This document shows positions 45,530 through 54,535 of a stretch of DNA of 64,000 nt, piece after piece. Where the stretch lies: positions 714 to 64,713 of the forward strand of contig JAFIFV010000125.1 in the NCBI GenBank assembly GCA_020831845.1, written 5' to 3'. The position numbers were made by a program, and so were the translations under genes. Source of the stretch: Ectothiorhodospiraceae bacterium (GTDB taxonomy: Bacteria > Pseudomonadota > Gammaproteobacteria > Nitrococcales > Aquisalimonadaceae). Position 1 is the first letter of the stretch. The number at the start of each line of letters is the position of its first letter. The notes below the pieces were generated by a model. The model saw only the letters and a list, made by a program, of their open reading frames with translations. It was not told where the DNA came from and searched no databases.

Positions 45530-46672
45530 TCAGTACCCCCTGTCGGCTGCGAAGCGGTCGGCGTGGTAACGGTAGTCGCCGAACAGCTGTTGCATCGGAC
45601 GGGCGCGCTTGACGAACAGGCCAATATCGAACTCGTCTGTCATGCCCATGCCACCATGCATCTGGATGCCTTCGTTGGTGGCCAGCTCCGCCACCTCACT
45701 GGCCTTCGCCTTGGCAAGGCTGACCAGTTGCGCGGCGGAGTCATCCTGCTGATCCAGCGCGGTCAACGCCTTCAGCACCACCGATTTCATCAGCTCGATT
45801 TCGCTGAACAGATGGGCAGCACGATGCTGCAGACCCTGGAAGGAACCAATGGTGACGCCGAACTGCTTGCGCTCGTGCAGATACTTCACGGTGCGATCGA
45901 ATGCTTCCTGCGCAATACCCAGCAGTTCTGCGGCAAGCATGGCATTGCCCACGTCCAGCGTCTGTTGCAACACCGCATAACCATCACCGGCCTTCCCCAG
46001 CACGGCGTCCTTCGGTACCGCTACCTGATCGAAAGTGACCACGGCCGCGTTACGGCTGTCCACCATGATGGTACGTTCCACCGTCACTCCGGCTGCGGCA
46101 CGGTCCACCAGCAGCAAGGTCAGACCGTCGGCGTCTCCGGGCTCGCCTGCGGTCCGCGCCGACACCACCAGCTTGTCGGCCACATGCCCGTCCACCACCG
46201 CGACCTTGCGTCCGCTGATGACAAAGCCGTCACCCTGCGCTTCAGCGCGGGTCTCGACATAATGCGGCGCGTGGCGGGCGCGCTCGTCCACCGCCAGCGC
46301 CATGATCATGGAGCCGTCGGCGATGGCCGGAAGCAACGCCTGCTTCTGGGCATCCGAACCGGTGTTCCGGAGCAGTGTTGCGCCGAGCACAGCAGTGGCA
46401 AACAAGGGGCTGGCGGTGAGATTCCGGCCGACTTCCTCGAACACCTGTCCCATGCCCACATACCCGAAGCCGGAACCGCCGTATTCCTCATCGATCAGCG
46501 TGCCGACGAAGCCCATTTCCACCATTTCCTGCCAGAGCTCCCGGGAAAATCCCGTCTCGTCTCGCTCGTCACGCAGCTTGCGCAACTGGCTGACCGGTGC
46601 ACGCTCCTGCATGAAACGCCGGGCAGCGTCCTTCAGCATCTGCTGTTCGTCGTTCAGTACCAGACCTGTCAT
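45530..46672 (-). CDS. acyl-CoA dehydrogenase
   Basis: Start MTGLVLNDEQQML at 46672. ACAD pattern throughout (..QMHGGMGMTDEFD..). Confidence 0.85.
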   Translation of the reverse strand: MTGLVLNDEQQMLKDAARRFMQERAPVSQLRKLRDERDETGFSRELWQEMVEMGFVGTLIDEEYGGSGFGYVGMGQVFEEVGRNLTASPLFATAVLGATLLRNTGSDAQKQALLPAIADGSMIMALAVDERARHAPHYVETRAEAQGDGFVISGRKVAVVDGHVADKLVVSARTAGEPGDADGLTLLLVDRAAAGVTVERTIMVDSRNAAVVTFDQVAVPKDAVLGKAGDGYAVLQQTLDVGNAMLAAELLGIAQEAFDRTVKYLHERKQFGVTIGSFQGLQHRAAHLFSEIELMKSVVLKALTALDQQDDSAAQLVSLAKAKASEVAELATNEGIQMHGGMGMTDEFDIGLFVKRARPMQQLFGDYRYHADRFAADRGY

Positions 46673-46695
46673 GTCTTTGTTCTCCCTGGGATCTG

Positions 46696-47874
46696 TCAGC
46701 GCAGCCCGAGTATGTTGCGGGCAATGACGTTCAGCTGCACTTCGGAGGTGCCGCCCTCGATGGAGTTGCCCTTGGACCGCAGCCACTGCCGCGCCAGCGC
46801 CCCCTCGTTCCAGGCTTCGCCCTCCCAGACCATCGCGTCGCTGCCATGGATGGCCATCAGCAGTTCCTGCCTGCGCTTGTTCAGTTCGGTGCCGTAGTAC
46901 TTGAGCATCGCGGAGGCGTTGCCCACGCCCTGACCTGCCTTCGCCTCGTCCACCACGCGCTCGGCAGTGAACTCGAAGGCCTTTGCGTCCAGTTCCCAGC
47001 GGGCGATATCGCCACGCAGCATCCCGTCCGCCAGCCGGCCCTGCTCGACTCCCAGCGCCTCCACCGCCTGCTGGGGCAGGGTTTTCTGGCCCGCGGCAGT
47101 GCGGCCGAAACCGCCGATCATTTCGCGCTCATGGGTCAACAGGTACTTGGCGATGGTCCAGCCCTGATCAACCTCGCCCACCACCTGGTTCTTCTCCACA
47201 CGGACGTTTTCCAGGAAGGTTTCGCAGAACGGTGAACTTCCGGAAATCAGTTTGATGGGGCGCGTGCTGACACCAGGCGTGGCCATGTCGAACAGCACCA
47301 GGCTGATGCCCAGCTGCTTTTTCACGTCAGGATTGGTCCGCACCAGGCAGAACATCCAGTCGGCCTTGTCGGCGTAGGATGTCCAGATTTTCTGGCCATT
47401 GACGATGAAATGATCACCCTTGTCCTCGGCACGCGTCTGCAACCCGGCCAGGTCAGAGCCCGCATTGGGCTCGCTGTACCCCTGGCACCAGCGGATTTCT
47501 CCCCGCACGATCGGCGGCAGGTGCTGCCGCTTCAGCTCCTCGGAGCCGAATTTCAGAATCGCGGGACCGATCATCCAGACGCCGAAACTGTGTAGCGGCG
47601 GCCGCGCCCTGATGCGCGCCATTTCCTGCCGTAGCACCTTCACCTGTTCGCGGCTCAGCCCGCCGCCGCCGTACTCGCTGGGCCAATCGGGCGCGGTCCA
47701 GCCCTTCTCCGCCATGCGCTCGAGCCACAGGCGCTGGTCCTCGCTCTGGAACGTCCAGTTACGACCGCCCCAGCACTGATCCTTGTCGCTCATCACCGGC
47801 GAGCGCATGCTCTGCGGGCAATTCTCCTCCAGCCAGGCTCGGGTTTCCCGGCGAAACGCCTCAAGATCGGACAC
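46696..47874 (-). CDS. acyl-CoA dehydrogenase
   Basis: GTG at 47874 preceded by GGAGGAG. ..WCQGYSEPNAGSDLA.. and ..SIEGGTSEVQLNVIA.. motifs. Confidence 0.85.
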   Translation of the reverse strand: MSDLEAFRRETRAWLEENCPQSMRSPVMSDKDQCWGGRNWTFQSEDQRLWLERMAEKGWTAPDWPSEYGGGGLSREQVKVLRQEMARIRARPPLHSFGVWMIGPAILKFGSEELKRQHLPPIVRGEIRWCQGYSEPNAGSDLAGLQTRAEDKGDHFIVNGQKIWTSYADKADWMFCLVRTNPDVKKQLGISLVLFDMATPGVSTRPIKLISGSSPFCETFLENVRVEKNQVVGEVDQGWTIAKYLLTHEREMIGGFGRTAAGQKTLPQQAVEALGVEQGRLADGMLRGDIARWELDAKAFEFTAERVVDEAKAGQGVGNASAMLKYYGTELNKRRQELLMAIHGSDAMVWEGEAWNEGALARQWLRSKGNSIEGGTSEVQLNVIARNILGLR

Positions 47875-47948
47875 GTCAGTTCTCCTCCAGGTCGGGGTAG
47901 TAACGGGCAGGCGCGGCGGTTGACTCCGGGTTCTGCCCATCAAAACGG

Positions 47949-48431
47949 TCAGTCGCGAAAATTCTCATACTGCAGGGGCAGATCCAGTTCGGCCTGCTTG
48001 AGCAGGGCGATGACCTGTTGCAGATCATCGCGCTTCTTGCCGGTGATCCGCACCTTGTCACCCTGAATGGCGGCCTGCACCTTCAACTTGGCATCCTTCA
48101 CCAGCTTCACGATCTTCCTCGCCAGGTCACTGTCGATACCGTGGCGCAGCGTTATCTGCTGATGGGCGTACTTGCCAGCCTGTTCCACCTTGCCCAGCTC
48201 GACGCAGCCGATGTCCACGCCGCGCTTGCTGAGCTTGGCGTAGAGAATGTCCAGCATCTGCTGGAGCTGGAATTCGGATTCACTCGTCATGGTCACCACA
48301 TGGCCGTCCAGCGAGAAATCGGCCTTGCTGCCCTTGAAATCGAAACGGTTGCCCACTTCCCGCGATGCCTGGTCCACGGCATTCGAGACTTCATGCAGAT
48401 CAATTTCGGAGACAACATCGAATGATGGCAC
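47949..48431 (-). CDS. yajQ: YajQ-family nucleotide/c-di-GMP-binding protein
   Basis: MPSFDVVSEIDLHEVSNAVDQ..NRFDFKG. Full-length match to the YajQ pattern. Confidence 0.9.
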   Translation of the reverse strand: MPSFDVVSEIDLHEVSNAVDQASREVGNRFDFKGSKADFSLDGHVVTMTSESEFQLQQMLDILYAKLSKRGVDIGCVELGKVEQAGKYAHQQITLRHGIDSDLARKIVKLVKDAKLKVQAAIQGDKVRITGKKRDDLQQVIALLKQAELDLPLQYENFRD

Positions 48432-48476
48432 GATCTATCCTCTTCAATAATATCGAAACGGCAGTGCTCCGGTCGC

Positions 48477-49379
48477 TCACGGCAGCCCGGCGCCGGCAAC
48501 GTCCACCCGGCAGGTGAAGAGTACCGCTTCACGGTTGGCGGCACGGCGTTTCGCGGCGGAATCCGGCGCACAGCATAGCAGCAGCGTTCGGCCGTCCTCG
48601 CCGCCAAGCATGCAGGCGAACACGCCCAGCCCATCCGGTGCCGGAATCTCGTCGAGGATATCACCGCCCTCGGCAACCCGCAGACAACGACCGCCGACCG
48701 CATCGGCCACCCAGATACAGCCATCGGCATCCAGGCAGCAGCCGTCGGGGGCAACGGCTAGTGCCTTCACTGCCTCGGCGCGACTGCTTAGCGGTGGTGT
48801 GGGGGCAAGTTGCGCCCACACCCGCCGCCCGGACAATGATCCATCGTCGCCGATGTCGAACGCCGTCATGCGAGCCGCAAACGTCTCACCGACAATCAGC
48901 GTCCGGCCGTCGGGGGTGATCACGGTTCCGTTGGGGAAATACAGATCCTCGGCAACGACAGCGACCGCTCCGTCCGCCTCGACACGGACGAGCACAGCCG
49001 GTCGGGGATCATCTCCCGCCATCAGGTCGAAGCCGAAATTACCAACCCACGCCCTGCCCCGTGCATCCACCACCATGTCATTGACGTACCCGCCTGCGTA
49101 ACGCGACAGATCCGCGTGCGTGGTCACCCGGCCGTCCGGATGGCGCCGCAGCACGCGCTGGTCCTTCATCGAGACGATCAGCATGGAATGGTCAGGCAGC
49201 CAGCCGATACCCGAGGGCTGTCCCGGCACTTCCAGAAACGTCTCCGCCTTGCCATCGGGGCTCAGGGAATAGACGGTATGCCGGTAGAAGTCCGACACCC
49301 ACCAATGGCCATCGCGCCAGCGAGGGCCCTCGTAGAACGACCCGCCGCGCAACAATTCCCGCATCGCATGCTTGACCAT
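48477..49379 (-). CDS. SMP-30/gluconolactonase/LRE-family beta-propeller protein
   Basis: ..EGPRW..; ..NDMVVD..G..W..; ..FPNGTVITPDGRTL.. repeats. Confidence 0.8.
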   Translation of the reverse strand: MVKHAMRELLRGGSFYEGPRWRDGHWWVSDFYRHTVYSLSPDGKAETFLEVPGQPSGIGWLPDHSMLIVSMKDQRVLRRHPDGRVTTHADLSRYAGGYVNDMVVDARGRAWVGNFGFDLMAGDDPRPAVLVRVEADGAVAVVAEDLYFPNGTVITPDGRTLIVGETFAARMTAFDIGDDGSLSGRRVWAQLAPTPPLSSRAEAVKALAVAPDGCCLDADGCIWVADAVGGRCLRVAEGGDILDEIPAPDGLGVFACMLGGEDGRTLLLCCAPDSAAKRRAANREAVLFTCRVDVAGAGLP

Positions 49380-49688
49380 GGCGCCGCCACTCCTCCGTTT
49401 TGTGCTTTCTTTGCAGAGTACCGTATAGCAAGCGGCGCCATATTCACACCGTGAGACGCGGCGTAGGGGCCGTCCTTCCTGGCGACGTTCCTGCCACTGC
49501 GCATCCCCCGACGCGGCGTGGTCGGCCCGGTCTGACAGTCAATCGAGCAATAACGACGCAATGACCTTATCGATACATAATCAAGTAACGATTCAATTAC
49601 ATCAGCAGATCCCCGCCGACGCAGCGTCACAACTCCATGACATTCTTTTTATTAACATCAAGTACCACTGTCTTCAATACAAGACATG

Positions 49689-49717
49689 TTGACAGACTAC
49701 AGATGCATTGCTAGATA
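49689..49717 (+). promoter_or_regulatory. candidate sigma-70 promoter in AT-rich tract
   Basis: TTGACA-17 nt-TAGATA, about 190 nt upstream of the hydrolase ATG. Confidence 0.3.
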
Positions 49718-49910
49718 TTGCATCTTAAAGATACAAATTGATTTTTTGTTTCCTAGAACAACAACACGCTGGGAAGCATGACTTGCGACCGCCCTTGCCG
49801 GCAGTCCTGTTCGGTTCCAGGCAGGGATGATGGAGATCACCCCTCCAGGAAGCCCGTTTCACCAGGAAACGGGCAGCTGAAGAAAAACCGCAAAGAGAGG
49901 AGCATCGAAA

Positions 49911-50780
49911 ATGAAAGGAATGAGAACAACAACAATGTGGCTTGCATCGCTGACACTTGCAATAGCATCCAGCGCTGCCCTGGCCACCAACCCTGGAGGC
50001 GACCCTCCCCCCGAAGGCGAAACCGGAACCGGCTTCCCGCTGGTCGGCGACTTCGCTGCGGATGGTCCCTACAGCGTCACGAGCAGCAACGTCAATCTGA
50101 GCTGCCGCGTCTACCGTCCCGAGGATCTGGGGGCGGGCAGCTTGCAGCATCCGATCATCATCTGGGGTAACGGCACCGGCGCCACGCCAACCACCTACCG
50201 CGGTCTGCTGGAGCACTGGGCCAGCCACGGCTTCGTGGTCGCCGCAGCGCGAACGTCCAACGCCGGCAGCGGCGAGCAGATGATCGGCTGCCTGGATTGG
50301 CTCGAGTCCCAGAATGCCAGCAGTTCCGGTACCTATGCTGGAAATCTGGACATGAACCGGATCGGCGCCTCGGGACACTCCCAAGGGGGCGGCGGCTCCA
50401 TCATGGCCGGCCGCGACAGCCGGATCACCGCAACGGCACCCATGCAGCCGTACATCCTGGGCCTTGGCCATGAAACCTCGTCCCAGCGGCAGCAGCACGG
50501 CCCGATGTTCCTGATGTCCGGCAGCCGGGACACAATTGCCGGCCCCCGGCTCAACCAGCAGCCGGTGTTCAACCGCGCCAATGTCCCGGTCTTCTGGGGA
50601 ACATTGTCCGGGGCCGGCCATTTTGAACCGACCGGCAGCGCCGGCGATTTCAGAGGCCCGGCCACCGCCTGGTTCCGCTACCAACTGATGGATGACGAAC
50701 TGGCAATGGACGAGTTCATAGGTCCGACCTGCGGACTTTGCCAGGACCGCTCCTGGGATGTGGAGCGGAAAGACCTGTAG
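49911..50780 (+). CDS. secreted cutinase/PETase-like alpha/beta hydrolase (dienelactone hydrolase fold)
   Basis: Signal peptide. Nucleophile elbow GHSQGGGGS, acid SRDTIAGP, His GAGHFEP. C-terminal Cys pair CGLC. Confidence 0.75.
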   Translation: MKGMRTTTMWLASLTLAIASSAALATNPGGDPPPEGETGTGFPLVGDFAADGPYSVTSSNVNLSCRVYRPEDLGAGSLQHPIIIWGNGTGATPTTYRGLLEHWASHGFVVAAARTSNAGSGEQMIGCLDWLESQNASSSGTYAGNLDMNRIGASGHSQGGGGSIMAGRDSRITATAPMQPYILGLGHETSSQRQQHGPMFLMSGSRDTIAGPRLNQQPVFNRANVPVFWGTLSGAGHFEPTGSAGDFRGPATAWFRYQLMDDELAMDEFIGPTCGLCQDRSWDVERKDL

Positions 50781-50806
50781 TTTCAGTCGCACGGACTGAA
50801 GCAGGT

Positions 50807-50856
50807 AGCCCCGTTCCGCTGGAATCCTCCGCCCGGCGGTTCGGGGCTTTCTTTTC
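50807..50856 (+). terminator. hairpin + T-tract after hydrolase gene
   Basis: agccccg...cggggct stem with an inner sub-hairpin, followed by tttcttttcc. Confidence 0.45.
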
Positions 50857-50909
50857 CCCTGGCTAAACGTTGCAAGGCCAGCCGCCGCGCTACGACCGCA
50901 GGGTTTCCA

Positions 50910-51119
50910 CTAATAATGTGGCGGGATCTCTTCCTGGTGCCCGCCCCCGTCCGGCACCAACGCGGCCAGTTTCCGCAACTGTTCCTGCAATTGCGCATGG
51001 CTGCGTTCCAGCACATCAAGTTGCCGCTGCTGGCGCACGACCACATCGTTCAGCTCGCCAATCGTGTGTTCCTGGTATGCCAGCTTTTCCTCGAGCCTGA
51101 TCAGCCTGATATCGCTCAT
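50910..51119 (-). CDS. slyX: SlyX family protein
   Basis: LEEKLAYQEHTIGELNDVVVRQQRQLD coiled-coil, 69 aa. Confidence 0.85.
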   Translation of the reverse strand: MSDIRLIRLEEKLAYQEHTIGELNDVVVRQQRQLDVLERSHAQLQEQLRKLAALVPDGGGHQEEIPPHY

Positions 51120-51146
51120 CGGATTGGTTCCATTGGGGAAACGTTA

Positions 51147-51243
51147 AGGAAGCGCTGAAGTATTCACGTTGTCGCGCTCGAGACCGGTTTTCGCTCGTGG
51201 CCAGGAGCAAGACGCCGCGAGTAGTGGTTCTACCTGCGGTAGC
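51147..51243 (-). repeat. truncated copy of the 9273/52287 element (one TIR end only)
   Basis: TA|AGGAAGCGCTGAAGTATTCACGTTGTCGCGCTCGAG.. matches the reverse complement of the right ends of copies 1 and 2. Homology is lost after ..CTACCTGCGGT. Confidence 0.6.
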
Positions 51244-51289
51244 TGGGTGTATCCGGGGCCCGCTTCAAGGTCACCGGGAAGTGAGTCTA

Positions 51290-51327
51290 CCAGAGAAGAA
51301 AAAGAAGGCCGGCAGTTGCGCCGGCCT
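51290..51327 (-). terminator. Rho-independent terminator for the DUF1328 gene
   Basis: ggccggc-agttgc-gccggcc stem, followed on the minus strand by TTCTTTTTCTTCTCT. Confidence 0.6.
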
Positions 51328-51442
51328 GAAGGGGATCCATCGACCAGGGAACTGCGGCTGGAGGAGAGAGGGCCGCATTCCCGGCGACGGTCAGAGACTC
51401 CAGCCGAGGCTGGAATACATCGGGGCGTCCCAGCCCCGGAAT

Positions 51443-51616
51443 CTACATGGGTGGTCTCCCTCGAAGCGCGCCGGCCACCAGCGAGATGACCAGCAACACC
51501 AGGAATATGAAGAAAATGATCTTGGCGATTTCCGCAGCGGCTCCGGCGATGCCGGTAAAGCCCAGCAAGGCCGCGATAATCGCGATGATGAAGAACGTCA
51601 ATGACCATGACAGCAT
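51443..51616 (-). CDS. DUF1328 (UPF0391) small membrane protein
   Basis: Not in the ORF track (57 aa). My translation is [57 protein letters not shown], preceded by a GGAGAAG RBS. Confidence 0.8.
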   Translation of the reverse strand: MLSWSLTFFIIAIIAALLGFTGIAGAAAEIAKIIFFIFLVLLVISLVAGALRGRPPM

Positions 51617-51728
51617 AATCTTCTCCAGTATGCGCAGTACGCATTGTTCGTATCAGCAAGCCGCGAAGCGGATGGAGGGCGGCACCGGGTGCAATCCTTC
51701 ACGTCTCACCGCCCCCCCGAAACCTCAA

Positions 51729-51884
51729 TCAGTCGTCAAAGGCATCCCCGATGTCCTCGGCGGTGTCATCGATTTCCTCTCCAGCCTCTTCTGCCGGCCC
51801 CTGGTCGTCACAGGCAACCAGCCCGAACCCACTGAAGGCCAGCAACATGAACAGCAAAAATACCCAGGTACGCGTTTTATCCAC
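51729..51884 (-). CDS. small acidic lipoprotein (hypothetical)
   Basis: GTG at 51884 after AAGGAG. Lipobox FGLVAC. Acidic tail EEAGEEIDDTAEDIGDAFDD. Confidence 0.5.
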   Translation of the reverse strand: MDKTRTWVFLLFMLLAFSGFGLVACDDQGPAEEAGEEIDDTAEDIGDAFDD

Positions 51885-52286
51885 AATGGACTCCTTGATC
51901 TTACGAATTCGGAAAGGGTTATTGCAGAAACCGTGCCTGAAAATGTAAATCATTGAAAAAACTAATTTCCACTGAAATTCTGATCCGGTGAATGTGTCAA
52001 AATGTCACAAGCAAGCACAATAATGTTTCCAAATGGCAACGATGCCAAAAGGCGAATTGGTTCCGATTTCCATTCGCTGCTAATTCAAAGTACGCGGCGC
52101 GATCCGGTTTGGTTCCACCACAGGAAACAATATCTCGTTCCCCGGTCGGATTACACGCAGATGATTGCCTGCCCCAAGCCAGGGGAAGCGCTGAATTCCC
52201 CTGCTTGCAGGTCCGGGCTGGCCACAACGACAGCAACAGGCTTCTGCCCATGGCCCAGGTCTTGCGGCCTCAGTGGACGATGCTTA

Positions 52287-52497
52287 AGGAAGCGCTGATT
52301 AATTCCGGCGCTCGCGTTACAGCTGGATTTTTCGCGATGCCAGGCGCGGTGCGCAGCGCCGTGGTGGTTCCACGGTCAAGCGCCGCAACAACGCAGTGCG
52401 GACGATCCGGCTGTAATCCTCTGGGGCTCGGCCGATTTTCGCCCGTGGCGTTAAAGTCGGACTCGAGCGCGAACGTGGGAATTAATCAGCGCTTCCT
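52287..52497 (+). mobile_element. MITE-like non-coding element, intact copy 2 (211 bp)
   Basis: TIRs AGGAAGCGCTGATTAATT / AATTAATCAGCGCTTCCT flanked by TA (52285-86, 52498-99). Collinear with copy 1 except for a ~55-bp internal deletion. Confidence 0.75.
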
Positions 52498-53153
52498 TAA
52501 ACGAGAAAGGGAACCAATCTGGCGACTCGAGCGTATAGTAGAAAGTGGCGGTGCTGCCCCGCGGAATGGCGGTAGCCAAATCAGCATGAAACAGCGCCTT
52601 TCTGGATCAAACCCTGTCATATTGACAGGTGCGAACTTTCGCGCTGCGCCACATGACTTCCACTCCCAACAATGAGCAAGCCGAGAGGCGAAACAGGAAG
52701 ATGCGCGAGAAAAACCACTCAGAGCAAGACACCACTCCACCCCCTCCCTGCAACCGGATCAATGACTCGAGTCAGCTCCGGTCGCACACGTTCCGGCCCC
52801 CGTCCTCGCAGAGTGACGATGAAGCCGAGCGCGCGTTCGCACGGCATCTGGAAGAGCGCTGAAGCATGGCAGCCAACGACACCCGGGCATCGCCACGTCG
52901 GGTGTGCTACTCTCCCAGCAAGCAGCGTCCGGCGCACGCAATGCTGGTGTAGCTTGTTTTTTCTGCACCGGGTTCGGAAAGGACGCCCGATGGCCTGGCT
53001 GCCCCAGCCATATGACGCCCACGGATGTGCAACGCCGGAACTCGATAATATATGCGGCTCGCCGGCAACCCGCGGATGTCCCTCTCCCGCCGTACGTCGG
53101 TCGTGGGACTATCGCAGCGAGGCTGCGCGTGGCCGGCCGCGAGGGATGATCGT

Positions 53154-53663
53154 ATGGACAGTCTTCGCTCACGCATTGAGGCGGAGATACCGCATCTGCG
53201 GCGATACGCGAGGGCACTCGTCGGGGGAATCGAAGAAGCCGACGACCTCGTACAGGCATGTTTGGAACGTGCCCTTAGCAGGGCTTCTCAATGGGACCCC
53301 ACCAGAGGGCTCAGGCCCTGGCTGTTCCGCATCCTCCACAATTTGTACGTATCGTGGCTTCGGGGCCGCGACCGTGAATTCAACTTTCAGCGGAAATATC
53401 CCGAACACGACGGCTTCGACGCCGACCACGAAAGTTCCATCGCGCTGGATGTAGTGGGTGCGGCCATGGAAAAATTGCCCAGAGACCACCGGGACGCGAT
53501 ACTGCTTGTCGCCGTCGAGGGGCTCTCTTATCAGGAAGCGTCCTCGGTATTGGCGGTTCCAGTAGGGACCGTGCGCTCCCGCCTCTCCAGGGCGAGGGAA
53601 ACATTACGCGAACTGGTTGAGACAGCTCCCGGCGAAGATGATCGCAGGAGGGGGGCGGAATAA
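53154..53663 (+). CDS. ECF (group IV) sigma-70 factor
   Basis: Region 2 LVQACLERAL..WLFRILHNLY and region 4 LSYQEASSVLAVPVGTVRSRLSRAR. ATG at 53154. Confidence 0.85.
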   Translation: MDSLRSRIEAEIPHLRRYARALVGGIEEADDLVQACLERALSRASQWDPTRGLRPWLFRILHNLYVSWLRGRDREFNFQRKYPEHDGFDADHESSIALDVVGAAMEKLPRDHRDAILLVAVEGLSYQEASSVLAVPVGTVRSRLSRARETLRELVETAPGEDDRRRGAE

Positions 53664-54514
53664 TGACAGAGCGACGCGACTGGCTCGATCCGGAGATCCT
53701 TGGCGCCTACGTGGACGACGAGCTGGACGCGTCGTCACGCGCCGAGGTTGCCCGCAGGCTGGCGGAAACCCCGGACGCCTTCCGGCGCGTGCAGAGCTAC
53801 AAGACCCAGAACGATACCCTGAATCGCCTCTATGGCCCCGTTGCCGACGAGCCGGTTCCGGATCGCCTGTTGCGTGTCCTACGGGAAACGCCAATGGAGG
53901 CCACCAAAGTCTCCGGAGCCCCCCCCGGCCGGCCGCCCTGGGTAAAGCGCACCATGGCGCTTGCCATGACCGCAGGCGTGGCGCTGGCCGTAGGACTCAC
54001 GCTCGGCTGGCAGGTGCGCGGCAACCTGTACCACCAGGAAGCGGAACGCATCGCCATGGAAATGTTCCTGCATCAGGCCACCAACTCCTACTCCCTCTAT
54101 GCCAGCGAAGACTCCCCTTGGAGGGAAGGCGGGGTCCAGGAGGACCGGACGGAATTCGCCTCCTGGTTCAGGGAGCGCATGAACGCCGAGATTTCCACCC
54201 CGGAATTCGATGAGGCGGGCTTCGAGTTCGTCGGCGGGAGGGCACTGCCCGCCGCCCGCGGCTCGGCCGGCCAGATGCTCTACCGTGATGCAGACAACCG
54301 GATCATCGCCATCTACTTCGAATCACGAGGCGGCGATGAGGGCGTGCGGCGCGCCGGGGGCGGCCTGAACGGCAGCATCATCAAACAGGAGGACACCTCG
54401 GTCTACTACTGGCAATCGGAATCCGGCGGCACCAGTTACGCCATGATCGGCGCGATAGATCGCGATTTGCTGGCATCGCTGGCGGAATCCATCCTGGAGC
54501 AATTCGGCAACTGA
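53663..54514 (+). CDS. anti-sigma factor (single-pass membrane)
   Basis: TAATG overlap with the sigma gene. N-terminal LGAYVDDELDASSRAEVARRL, central TM helix, periplasmic domain. Confidence 0.75.
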   Translation: MTERRDWLDPEILGAYVDDELDASSRAEVARRLAETPDAFRRVQSYKTQNDTLNRLYGPVADEPVPDRLLRVLRETPMEATKVSGAPPGRPPWVKRTMALAMTAGVALAVGLTLGWQVRGNLYHQEAERIAMEMFLHQATNSYSLYASEDSPWREGGVQEDRTEFASWFRERMNAEISTPEFDEAGFEFVGGRALPAARGSAGQMLYRDADNRIIAIYFESRGGDEGVRRAGGGLNGSIIKQEDTSVYYWQSESGGTSYAMIGAIDRDLLASLAESILEQFGN

Positions 54515-54535
54515 ACAGACGGGACCGCTGCCCCG

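Noticed and set aside
52629-53454. ORFs of 77-260 aa between element copy 2 and the ECF sigma gene (for example 52629-52862 and 52672-53454).
   Set aside because: I could recognise no motifs. The frames overlap one another, the composition is Arg/Ser/Pro-rich, and no RBS is evident. I could not support them as genes, although a small real gene here cannot be excluded without a homology search.
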